Source: Podospora anserina
Lineage: Eukaryota
Direction: 5' to 3'
Length of the DNA: 64,000 nt
NCBI GenBank assembly: GCA_017654855.1
Contig: CM030338.1
Coordinates: 992,001 to 1,056,000 of the forward strand
Below the pieces are notes generated by a model. That model ran no database searches. It was not told the DNA's origin and was given only the letters and a program-made list of their open reading frames with translations. The position numbers and the translations under genes were made by a program. This document shows, piece after piece, positions 22,112 to 34,800 of this stretch; the first letter of the stretch is position 1; every line of letters starts with the position of its first letter.

Positions 22112-25070
22112 TCAACTCCAAAACCCATCCATCTCAAACCCAAAATCCCCTCCCCACATCCCCGGGTTCCAATCATAATCCATCGCCCCCCCATCCCAGC
22201 TATCCGTCCCCAGATCCTGACTTATCTCCTGCACCAGCGTCGCCGTCGCATCCGCCAGCGTCATCGGCGCCTTCTCATACAGCTCCGCCAGCTGCGCCGT
22301 CGTTTCCGCAAGTTGCGCCGTCGACTGTCCATCCTGAAGATCTTGATCCTGTGTAGATAATTCCGTTAGCCACCACTGAACCGAAAAGCGAAAGAAAAGG
22401 AAAACTCACAAAAGCCTTCTTCAACTCTCTAATCTTCCTTGCCAACTGCGCAAACGGATCCTCCCTCTCCCTCTCCTGCCCCTGCTGCGACCCCCCCATT
22501 CCACTCCCCCCACCACCCACCACCCCCTGAGGCGTCCTGTAAACATCACTCGGACTGTTGTAGTTGCTCGCCCCCGTCATCGTCCTGCTCCTCTTCTTCC
22601 TCCGTCCGGCAGTGTGCTCCATGTCCTTGATATGTCTCTCCAAGTACCCATCAAATTCTCTTCGTACTGTCCTCACGTCCCACCCTGGCAGTGACAAAGT
22701 CATGAGCTTGAGCATCCTGACAAACACATAGGTGAGATCAAACGAGGACATGGAGATGAACCTGGGATAGTCAGACTGATCCGATGCCGTGCGGGCGTGC
22801 ATGTACTCCTTGACCAGGCGGACGCATTTCATAAGGATGTCGAGGCGGTCCTGCAGGGGGATGACAGAGGCAGGGCGGCTGTTGCTCGAGTGCGAAGAGG
22901 GCGTGTCGTTTCCGAGACCGTTGGAGGGGGATGTCTTGAAGCTGGGGTCTTCGTCTTCTGGCAGGGAGGATGCAGTGACTGATGAGCCGCCTATGCTGCC
23001 GCTAGTTTTCAAAAAGCCTTCGTAGATGAGGAGTTCAGCGACTATAAAGTGGCCCTTCATCGAGACTGTTGAACCGGTTAGCAAGCATTGCCTCGTGCGA
23101 AGGGAGCAAACGGAAACTTACAATTCTCCATGATCCGCTTCGGCACCTTCTTCTTCTCCCCATGCAGAAACAGCCTCAGGTTTTCCACCACCTGATTCCA
23201 CGGCCTGCGCTCCTTCAAAGGCTTCTTGTACCAGTTGGCCAGGTTCATCGAAATGTGCTGAGACACCCGCTGCACCCTGACCAAATGAACCACCAGCTCA
23301 TCATCAGGCGAGCTCTTTTCCGTAATCAGCACCTTGCAGCACCTCATCAGATACGGCGAGGGCATGAGCTGGTCCGGGCAGTGACTTGTGGTGAAGGCTC
23401 TTTGGTCTTTGTCAGTCTTCATCCAACAACAAGACTTGCCAAAGAAAAAAAACCAACTTACACAGTAACCAAATAATACGTCCCCGCAAACGCCCTCATT
23501 CTCTCCAATGCCTCCTCCGACCTGGGCTGCCCTCCCAGACCCGCAATGGCATTCTTCTGCTCTTGAGCATCCAAAACCTCAAACTTCAAACTCGCCGTAA
23601 AGCTCCGAATCAAAAACAGCAGGTTCGTCGTCTTGGCCGCCACCAAATTGTAATGATACCACGCCAGCAGCACCTGCGCCCCCTGAAGCAAGTCCAGCCC
23701 CGCCCCCAGCGACGGCTGGCCCTTTTGGCTGCTCTGCTGAAAGGCTGCCACGCTGATGTCTCTCAGCAGCTGGTCCCCCAGTGCCATTTGTCTCCTTCCA
23801 TCGTGATGGCACGCTTCAACCATGACCCCTTTCCAGAAAAAGGGGCGTTGTTCCTTCATTTGATGGGCACTCAGGTTTGGTGGGACTAAGGCAAAGGGGT
23901 AGAGATGCTGCATGTGGGAGCGGTACTCCTGAAGCAAATCTTCGGCTTCTTGGCCTTCAGGCCAGATCGAGTCTGAAGCATTGGAGGATGTCATTGGCGA
24001 GGGGTGAGAAGGCGGAGAGGCAGAGGTCATCATGGCGTCTGGCATGACAGAACCTGCCGCTGATACGGCCAGGCCGCCCAGGGTTTGCTGGTGCTGAGGG
24101 TGATGCTGGTGTTGATGATGATGATGATGACCATACTGAGGTGTTTGGTGGTTGCTAAGAATAGGTGAAAACTTGAGCTCGCTCGGTGGCAAGAGGGCCT
24201 CGAATGGCTCGCCGTTCCATGGTGCTTGCGTGAAATGGTGGTTCGTGACAGAGATCTTGGGGCCACTGCTGGTGCTGTGATGATAGTCTGGTGAGATGGC
24301 TGGGAGGGGTTGCTGGCCATCAAGTTCAGAGCCTCCGAGAGAGGAGTGATGGTGGTTCTCGAGCCCTTCACCGGTGCTGGCGCTGCCTGGTGTTTCAGAC
24401 TTTCCTGAGCTCCCTCCGGCACCGGCACGACCGCCTCCGGCCGCTATCTGCTCTGTGAGGGCCTCGAGACGTCTTTCAAGCTCGGCCACGCGGGTTAACT
24501 TGCGGTCCTTTCGCCGTCGGCGAGGCGGAGCCGGAATCTGTTTGGTGCATTTCTTCTTCAGACGTTCGCATCTGTATAGCGGTGAAGCGGTGGTGAGTCA
24601 GTTGACGCACAGAATGTGAGATCAAGATCTACCGGACTGAGATCGGCATTGACAGCGGAGATGAGCATGAAGTGAAATATGCTTAAGGTGATGACAGCAG
24701 CAACACAGCAGACAGCCTGATCTCGTCCATCGATCTCAACCGCCCGATTTTGCTGCCCGCACCCGTGCCCGGTCTGGACTTTGGTATATGGCAAAGCGCG
24801 GCGGTGAAGAAGAATGAGAGGTGTCAGAAAAAAAGATGTCTGGGAAAGACAGCCGGCCGTGGAACCAGAACAGTGCCCAAGATGAGAGACAGAAAAAAAC
24901 AAGAAAATATTAATTAAAACAGATCGACAAACATACCGTTCACACTTTCCCAATGGGCCAGAACCAGGCTCACACTTGCATTTTGCAAGCGCACAGGTCC
25001 CGCATGCCCTCGGGCCCTTGGTGGGCTTCTTGGAGGAGCCATCACCGCCGCTATCCTCTACAGACTCCAT
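22112..25070 (-). CDS. Zn(II)2Cys6 fungal transcription factor; multi-exon (3' end uncertain, 22134 or 22112)
   Basis: ACGTCALAKCKCEPGSGPLGKCER|CERLKKKC binuclear cluster split by an intron, then a coiled coil (VAELERRLEAL) and a fungal TF middle region (YPFALVPP...RPFFW). Confidence 0.92.
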
Positions 25071-28000
25071 GGCGGCCTGGCACGAGAGTTCGGGTACCGG
25101 CACCTTCTCTCTCTCTTCCTTTCCTCAAGAGAAGCGTACTTCTTCCTCTCTTGTTCCCGTCTATCTGCTCCCTTAATGTCGTGCTGCCAAAGGGAGCAGA
25201 GTACGAGGCGGTCACAGCAGGGCCAGCCACGGCCGCTTGCTTGCCGCTCCGCAGGCTCGGTGACAGAACTCGCCCACCGCAGAACAAGGTTCCGCGATCT
25301 GCAAGTTGAGCTGCCGCGCTCTGCTGCTGCTTTGTTTTCCTGGGAATGCCCCCGGGGCCGGAAGCCAAAAGATCGGAAGGGAGATCAAGAGGTACAAGAA
25401 GCGGGGACGGAGCCCAGGAGGCCTTGACACGGAGACGGAAACACGGGGTTGGGTTGGTGTAAGTGGAAGGCTGTCCTCCAAAAGAGCAGGTTGCGTTGAA
25501 CGTATAGGTTTGATGGAATCCGGGGATAAGATTTGAATGTTATGCAAAATGCAATCGGGAACCGATTTGGAGGGGCGTGTGGTGTCTTAAAACCGTTGAC
25601 GAGAAAGAAGCTCTCTCCCGCTCCCCCCCGCCGCTGAAGAACGTGGTGATAAAGAAGGAAGATGCGGCCTTCCTTTTCCCCAGAAAAGAAGTAAAACGCC
25701 AACCGCCAAAAAAGAAGTGACAAAGGGGTGTGCTGTGTCGGAGAAACCTCGCTTGATACTGACTGATGATATGGTTCCAAATCTGAGGATGATCAGTCAA
25801 TTGAGAAAAAGATGCCAATGATCGAGCAGCAAGAGGATGATGAGGAGGGGGACCCGAGCAAACGGGGTGGGTAACTAACAGGTGGGAGGGACGAAGGTGA
25901 CTTCGGGACGCGGACGTAAGACTGGAACATATGCAATGCTGTGTTCGTGGGACGCGAGTAACAACCCATCCTTCCTATAAGATCAGGCTGTACATCTCGC
26001 CCAGTTCTCGCATTTTGCTTCCTAGAGGTGCTTCCTCTCTTTCACTATCCCACAGCTCCAAAAGAACCAACCGCCTTGCTGTCGTCATCCTTCTCTCTCT
26101 GGCCACCCTTCTCGAGGCAGCCAAGACATCTCTCCCCCGAAACTCAAACGCCCTCTTCCCCACCCACTACTCATTTATCTGATGGCTCGTCCAGTGTGAG
26201 GTCGTACACAAAACATCTCTCGTCTAATCGAAGGATGCCTAGAATGTCACTGCCCTCTCCATGTCTCGCCCGGTCCCATCCTTCGACTAGCCTGAAACAA
26301 AAGGGTTCACCGACGAACATCTTCTTCAACCAGAAACAGAATCTGCCGGTTCCCTCGGTGCCCTCGGCAAAGGACCACAGTATGCCACAAGTCTTCGAGA
26401 ATAAAAACAAGAAGCCCCCAACGTTTCATTAAACCACAAAGTGTACGAAGATCTGGGTAGGAGTCGGGAAATTCCGTCGGTGTGAACACTCATCCAAGTC
26501 CTCCGACTCCGTTCGTACATATCCCACCCTCTTTTTGTCGCCGTTGGTTGGTCAGTCTCCCTCCCACAACGACCAGCGGCTGAAGCGGGCAGGCGGGCCC
26601 GGATCCGAAGCACCACTCACGGAACAAAGGCGTGATCCTCCTCAAGCACATTACTGGCGCATATTCGAAGGAGGGCGTTATCCTCAGAGCTAAGAGCACT
26701 AAAAGGCGGGCGGGCGGCAGTGGCTTGAAGCATAAGCAGCAGCTAACAAGAGCTGTGCCATTTGAGAAAGATCCCGCCCAAGGCTTGGCACCGGCTGCCT
26801 TCGTTTTGAGCATCTCACTCAGCAATTCTTTCTCTTTGCATGCAGCTGCTCTGCCTGTGTTGGTCTTATCAACGACTTACACAGTTACACGGCTCGACGT
26901 CCGCCTCGCCCACCTCGCCTAACCCGCCAACGATCTACGGGCACAGCTCAGACACCTTGCAGCTTGCTTGCCTTGTCCTACCACAACATCACCAACTTTG
27001 GTTCGCTGTGTGATCCTCGTGCGTGCCGCGAAAAAGAAAGGTCGAGACCGCCGGGGATGTTACCGTGCCTTTTGAACCACCATCAGAAGCTCGGGACAAC
27101 AACACCAACAAGAAGAAGAAGAAGAAGAAGAACAACAACAACACCGGCCTCTCTTCATAGTTCTCTTAACATCTACCCATCCAGAGGTCAGTATCAGCTT
27201 CCATATCTCATCCAGTCAGACCAGCCAGACCACTCCCTATCAGGTAGCATCCATCCACCCACCTGTCCATGTCGTGTTCCCCCCCGTCTGACAAATAAAT
27301 TTGGACGGGCCACACACGCGAGGGCGATCCTCGGCGGGTATCTATCGAGATAATGCACCGTCTCAAAATCCTTCGTCGACAAGATTGGCAACCGAAATCC
27401 CACTCTACTACACCGGGTGGTAAAGCTTCCCAGACTAGAACTAGATGACAAAAACAAACAAACCTACATCAAATGAACCCAACACACTGGAGTTGGGTTA
27501 TTTAGCTACCAAGCAAGCCCACGTAGAGAGCTCATCATCAAGCGTTCAAACCGAATACGTGAACTTTGAAGCAAACATAAAAGCGAATACGCGAACTTCT
27601 CCCAGACGACGTGGCTACTGTCTTGACCATTCAGAACATAACATTCTCATAAACTCGCCTCCCAACCCCCCCTCGGCGAAAAGATCCATCCCTCTTACCA
27701 CATACACAAGCCGCATCTCGTAGTATCCGGAATCCCCGGGTGCACCCGTCAAAGGGACCCTCCCCCAACACCAGTTAGGAAGAGGCTAGGGCTTCCCGCA
27801 CGTACTACATTCCGGTATATTGCTTACCACACCTCTCTTTCTGCATAGTATCAAGTTCATGGTACCACCCTATCTTTCCTCCCGTTGACATGGCCTGCTT
27901 TACTCCAAAACTCATCAACCAGACAGCACTCGTTTCTTTTTGGAAATTTACACAGAGAAATATTATCACATTCACCTCACTCATACATCGAAAAAGGAAC

Positions 28001-28294
28001 CATCAAAAGTAATGTAAACAGCCAGGCATGTAGCCAGCCAACAAAGACAGGGAGAAATTTCCCCATCATTCGTCATATTTATAAGTTAAAACCACTGCTT
28101 TCCTCCTCCTACCCATTTCATAGTAAGGTATGTATCGGATAGGTAGATAGCAGCCAAGGTAAGCCTCTCGCCTAACGTAACTCCCCTTAGGAGGAAAAGA
28201 CCAATCGAAAGAGCGACGAAGCAAAAAGACACAAATATGCAAGCCAGTAGGGCAAGAGATTGTTCCCCACTTATAAGATCAAGACGACGACGAT

Positions 28295-28348
<54 letters not shown>
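28295..28348. repeat. (AAC)18 microsatellite downstream of HEM1
   Basis: Perfect trinucleotide run read directly. Confidence 0.97.
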
Positions 28349-28350
<2 letters not shown>

Positions 28351-28544
28351 AACCACCACACGTCGCTTTTCGCTCAAAAAGAACGTGTTTCAATGGTTTA
28401 TCTCCGGTCCGGTGAGCCCCCCAAGAGCAAACGGTGGTGTTTAGGACAAGAAGAGAAGTTTTGAAATTTCGTGTATACACACACACACAAAACAATCAAG
28501 GTCACACATCAACAGGACAGACCAACTTGCCTAAATCCCAAGAT

Positions 28545-30508
28545 TTAAGCAGCTGCGCTCGCCGTCTGCAACCCCTCCATCTCCCTTTCCAGCAACCGCT
28601 CCGTCAGCCCACCCCGAGTCGTCGTCGCCTTGGCCTCCTGCTCAATCGTCCTCGCCGCCTCGGCAATACCAAGCTGCTCGTCCGTCCACAGCGGCTCCTC
28701 GGCCGCCGCGTTCGGCTCCCCAACCCCGATGAACCCCCCCTCGGCAGCCCACTCGCTCGTCCGCTTGATGCCGAGCTCCTCCCAGATCGTCTGGATGGCC
28801 CCGACGAGGTGGTCGCGGTACTCCTTGGTGTGGCCGGGGGTGGGCGTAATCCGCAGACGCTCCTGACCGACAGGAACGGTGGGGTAGTTGATGCTCTGGA
28901 CGTAAATCTGGTGGTCCTGCAGGAGCTTGTCACTCGCCTGCTTGGCCAGCTCGGCGTTGCCGACCAGGATGGGGATGATGTGGCTCGGGTTGGGAATCAC
29001 AGGGATGTCCCTCTCCCCGAGGGCCTCCTTGACAGCCCGGGTGTGTAGTTGTTGCAAACGGCGGTCGCCGTTGTAGTTCATCTGATACTCAATCGCCGCC
29101 CGAGCACCAGCCATGACAGCAGGTGGCAAAGAGGTGGTAAAGATGAACCCGGGCGCAAGAGAGCGCACTGTGTCGACCAGCTTGGCGCTGCCGGCGATGT
29201 ACCCGCCAACGCAGCCGTAAGCCTTACCCAGAGTACCGGTGATGATGTCAATACGCTCCATAATGGTGCCGCGAGGCTTGCCCTGCGCGTGCGCCTCAAA
29301 GTCGAGGTGCTCCGCTACACCAGCGCCGTGTGGCCCGTACATGCCCACCGCGTGCACCTCGTCGAGGAAAGTAATGGCGCCGTACTTCTCAGCCAGGTCG
29401 CAAATCTCCTCAATGGGGCCAATGGATCCGCACATGCTGTAGACGGACTCAAAGGCGATGATCTTGGGGACGTGCAGCGGCAGCGCCGCGAGCTTCTCCT
29501 CCAGATCCTTTACGTCGTTGTGCTTAAAGATGACCTTCTTGGTCCCAGAGTGACGGATACCCTGGATCATCGAGGCGTGGTTCAGGCTGTCTGACAAGAT
29601 GACACAGTCTGGCATCTTGCTCCCCAGCGTCGCGAGCGTGGCATCGTTGGCCACGTAGCACGAGCTGAAGACCAGCGCTGCTTCCTGAGCGTGCAGCTTG
29701 GCGATCGTTGCCTCCAATTCCACCGCGTGCCTGTTGTGTCCGGAAATATTTCTCGTACCACCGGCGCCAGCACCGTACTCGTCCAAGGTCTCGTGCATCG
29801 CCTTCAAAACGTGGGGGTTGCGGCCCATGCCGAGGTAGTCGTTGGCGCACCAGACAGTAACCTTTTCCTCCCTGGTTGACATGTGGGCGCGGGGAAACTC
29901 CTTTGCGAGACGGTTGATGTTGTTGAAATAGCGATACGACTTGTCCTTGTGCTTCTTCTCAAGCTCATTGTTGTAGAAGCCCTCGTAATCGAACTTGGTG
30001 CCATTGTGCGTCACCGGCGCGGCGGTGCGGGTAGCAGTCAAGGGGTTGGCAGCGGCTTGCGCTTTGGTTGGGATTCTAGGAGGAAGCGGGACTGGATACC
30101 AGGAAATGCCATGTCAGCGCCAGTTCTTCGCCACGTGTAACTCCTCCAGAGTGCGAATCAATCCTTACCCTTCTCGCGGCCATTGAAAATGGCGCCCTCG
30201 ACAGCCTGCGCCTCCTGAGCACTGCTCGTGTGAATCTTTGCCTTGCTCGTCTTTCCGTGGGCAGAGACAGTCGACATGGCCCGGCCAGCAACACCGGGAA
30301 TGCCGGCATGACCAATGCGAGCCGACTGGACAGCCATAGCCTTGCCCATGACGGGGCAGCGACGGGCGAGGGTCTGCAGCTTGGAGATGGTGCCACCGCA
30401 CGGCGAGGCGGCCGGGCGGGCAGCCGTCGTCATGGCGCGGAGGCCGGCGGCGGTGGCCTTCTTCATGAAGGGGCACATGGCCTTGGACTGGCGCAAAACG
30501 GAGTCCAT
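28545..30508 (-). CDS. HEM1: 5-aminolevulinate synthase, mitochondrial; 2 exons
   Basis: [29 protein letters not shown] and TLGKAYG (PLP lysine). N-terminal presequence with CP motifs; intron at about 30168-30077. Confidence 0.98.
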
Positions 30509-31883
30509 CGTCGTCGCTTATGGCGGCTTGTCTTGATCCGAGTTTCGTTCTCGCGCGAAGAGAAAGTGAGGGTGTTTGCTTTTTGCCTCTGCGCGCGCAG
30601 AGCTGGGCTTATGACGAAGGGTTTGTGTTGATTTATTGTACTTTTTTTGGAGGGGCAAAAAAAAGCAAGACACAAAAAAAGAGTAGGCTGTTGAAGAGCC
30701 GAGGGTGATATTTGCGCGCGTAAAGCAGCAAGAACCGGAGAAACAACAGCGACTTCCCACACAATCAAAACCCGCAGCGAAAACACAGGCGAGATCAAAT
30801 ATTGTGGTTTGTCAGAAAGGGGGGGAAGAAGGAGGGAAAAAAGGAGAAGGGTCCGAGCAGTGGAGGAGAACAGAAGGACCTGGACTCGCTCTCAATTCAA
30901 CAAACCCTCCGCCGCCGCCGCCATCTTTTCCCTGACGGTCCACACCGGGTGGGTTCGACCTCTGTTGGACTCGGAGTTTCGGTGTCTGCCCGTTTTGCTC
31001 TGCTTCAATGAGACGCTGTGCATTTTGCCCTTGGGGACAATCCGCCCATCCTGATTGGGCATCTCCTCGGTGCTTACCCCCGCCGTCGGCATGTCACCGC
31101 AACTTGTCGCGTAGCGGTATGTTCCAGCGGCCCCGCGGTACCGGAGACCTTCAGCCTTTTCCCGGCCTTCTCGAACCACTGTCATCATTCACAACAGCTT
31201 GATCTCATCGACATTTATTATACATAAGTAACATAAAGCAAGACCTTGCTCACTCAGCACAACCACACGGTGAGGAATTGGCAAAAGACAAGAAGAATAG
31301 ATATGGAACATGTTAAGCACTGCCATGTCACATGATTGTTCCCACTGCAACAGCTACGCTCTTTGTATAAAACACCTCGATCGTATTTTCATGGCTACGC
31401 ATTGTACACAGTTGCAACATCTCCCCCATGCTGACCTCCCCGCACCCACTGACCCATAGGCCACATTTGTGCCCTTCTATTTACATCTAATACCACATGT
31501 CCCATAACCCCAAAGCCACCCTAACTACCAACGCGAACCCAAACGTAAATATGTACCATTGATCCCCCTATACCCTTTCCCACGCCGTTCCAAATGATTG
31601 CCCCCCCAAACCTTGCTGCAAGATGAGTCATTAGATAGACGATGGCCATTATCGTTTCCCTACCCTGAATACCGCTCAGCTCCATCATCAAGCCCCCGCC
31701 ACCCCAACTAAACCACCCTCTTCCCCAAACGCCGATGCAAATCGTCAATGTGGGTAAAGCAGCCCAAGGGTATCATCTCGAAAAGGAAATAGAGGTTGAA
31801 GATGATGAAAAAACAAAGGCAAACCGCGAAATGTGAGGGGGACCATCGATCGACTGCTGAATTTGGGGCGTAATTCGGTTAGC

Positions 31884-34800
31884 TCAGTCAATTAAAAACG
31901 GCGAGGCGGCTGAATCTCCGGGTCGGACAGGCTGCTGCCGTCCTCCCGGCCCCGGTCCAATGTTGGGGGTTTTAGGCCCCTTCGGATGTCGTGGCCGTTT
32001 AGGCATCGATCCTGACGCCTTCTCCTTGTCCTTCTTCACCTTGTCCTTCTTCACCTTGGTGACTCGACTTTCGTCCTTCACCTTCGACGACGGTCGCGGC
32101 TTTTGCTGTGCTACTGTTGCTGCTTGCTGCAGTTAATGATTTGCGTGTCAGCTGATGTTGCTTGATGATCTTGAGAAGAAAATGAAACTTGTTGAAATTG
32201 GGTGGTGTCGGGCCATACGTTATTGCGGACGACTTGGGAGCCCCAGACTTCGCGCTTGAAGTCGTCCTCGGCCAAGCCATTGAGCCGGGTAACCATAGTT
32301 TGCAAGTCCCGCCGCTCCCGAGTGGCCAGCTGGTCAGGTTGAATGTAGCCCGAAAGCATGGCTTCTGCAAAACGTGCATGTAACCTGCAGCACTTTTGTA
32401 GGTATTGCCACTTGTCTCTAGCAGGGAAGGTCTTATAGCTGAACCCTTTCTCCTGCAGTGCTTGTTCAACGCCTTGCATAACGGCATCTGGCGTAAAAAT
32501 AACCTCTCTCCCTTCCTCACAAAGCGCTTGATAGATCCGTCGTAGGTCTGGAAGGTCGGGCCTCGCTGAATCAGTGACTGACGCCGAAGCCCCCGGGAGG
32601 GGGATGATCAACGATGGGGTGGTTGACTGAGGTTGTTGACTCCCAGAGACATGAGCATGTGACAGAGCCTTCTGAGACATGGGAGACGGCGCTTTATTAG
32701 GAGGCGCCAGAGCAGAAGCAGCTGGTTTTTGAGCCGGAGTAGGAGGAGTGTTACGAGGAGCTGGATGAGGAGGAGCCGGATTAGAAGCAGCTAAGGTTTC
32801 GACTGGCTGAGTGCCAAACGGACCGGCGACTAAACTCGGGTTGACCTGTGGTGTGGTCGAGGGCGTCGCATGCGACGGTAGGGCATGTCCGTCAGCTGGG
32901 TACTTGGCAAACGACCCCGATCCAAGGACAGGCTGTAGATCCGAGTTTGGAAGTGTAAAGCTGGGTGCCGGAGCTGCTCCGAGCACAGGTCTAACAGGAG
33001 CAGACCCTAGTGTGTTGGGACGGCCGAGCTGCCGGTACTGTTGGAGATACTGTCGGGGAATTGGTATTGGCGTCGTACTGGAAGGCACCATCTGACCAAA
33101 GTTGTCCCTCAATCGTGGCAAGACTGAGTTGTGGGCAAGATTGGCTTGAGCAGTTCCAATGCCTTTGTTGATCATCCCCATTGTGTTTGACTGGACAGCG
33201 GGCTGGGGCTGCCACCCATATCGCTCTCTGTCGAGCCGGAGTTTCTCAGCCTCATATGCCTCTGGGTCTGTGAGCCTCAGGAGGGCGAGGGCAACCTCCT
33301 TCTTCGCTTCCTCCTGGTCCTCTGGAGGAAGTTCATATGTCTCTTCCTTCTCAAATGTCTCCGTAGATGTAACCTTGCGGACTAGGGGTCCCACCTCAGC
33401 GCTGTTCAGGAGAGCGTCAAGAACGGTATCCTGGCCATAGGCATCTTGAAGGTCCTCCTGGTCCACTGTCTGCGGCGGTACAAAGTACTCCTTGAGGCGA
33501 GTAGCGTAAGGGGCCGGGTTCTTCTTATCGATGACCCGGGAGGCGAGCTGCGTCTTGAAGATGGCGCTCTTGTGGATTGTTGCCTCGAAGGTGCCTCCTA
33601 TCATCAACCAATAGACATACACCGGCTTGGTCTGACCTAGTCGGTATGCCCGGCCAATAGCCTGCTGTTCATCGGTTGGCGAATACTTGAAGTCCAGGAT
33701 GATCACTCTGTTGGCCCCATAAATGTTGAGCCCAACACCACCAGCTTTTGTGGAAATCAGATACACGTCGGCCGAATCGTTGCTGTTGAACTTCTTGATC
33801 GATGCTTGACGCGTATTGATTGGGGTATGGCCATCAAGGCGCTGGTATCCGATCTGCCTCCGCTTGAAGATGCTCTCGAGAAAGTCCAGCGCCGGGATGC
33901 TTTGGGTGAAGATGAGTGCCTTGTCGCCCACCTTGCGAAATTCCCCCAAGAGAAACATGAGTGCGACGATCTTGTACGAGTGAGCGTCGTTATCAATGTC
34001 TCGGCAAGTCGTCGGGGTCAAGAGTTCACTTAGGATATCCTGAGGCAAAATAAGCTCATCCTCGTCCTCGGATTTCCCACTCTTCGCCTTTCCCTTGGCG
34101 TCCTTTTGCCTTTCGGCCACCGTCTTGAAGATCTTGGGGTGCGCCAGGACAGTACCAAGCTTGGCAACCATGCTCCAAACCTGTGCCGATGATCTGTCGC
34201 TACCCGTAATTGTCGGATTGTTGACACGCTCGATGTAGATTTCATAGAGTGTCCTCTGGAGCGGGGTCAAGGGCAGCATTATGATAAACTCCTTTTTCGT
34301 GGGAAGCTCGTCTCGGAGAACTTGAACGTCCCTTCGATGAACCTTGGGGCTCATAGTCTCCTTCAAGATGACAAGCAGTTTCCTCGCTTGCCTCTTTGCC
34401 GAAGGGTTACTATCTGCATAAAGCCCTTCCTTGATTGGATTGCCGAACCTGGACCTGAACTCTTCAATGTCCGACAAGTAGCCCGGCGAAACCCAGTTGA
34501 TCATGGCGTAATAATCCATGACGTTGTTGGTCAGTGGTGACCCCGTCATGGCGATGCGGCTCTTGGTGTGAAAGTGTGCGGCTGCTCGTGACCGCTTGGT
34601 GTTCTGATTCTTGATGAGATGGGTCTCATCCCCGACAACAATGTTTGGTTTTTCTTGCAGAAGCTTCTCCAGCTCCTCATCCTCAACGAGGTTGCCAAAG
34701 AGACTATATCCGACGATGAGAACCCCACCGCCTGAGGCCCATTTCTTGACGACTTCTACGCGAACGTATGCCGTCAATGATGCGTCTACTTTGTATACCG

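Noticed and set aside
25100-28290. Hidden gene or ncRNA in the 3-kb gap between the TF and HEM1
   Set aside because: Only short ORFs lacking codon bias or motifs, and no recognisable RNA structure. I cannot support a feature here.
28086-28495. Poly-Cys and poly-Val ORFs
   Set aside because: Artefacts of the (AAC)18 repeat.
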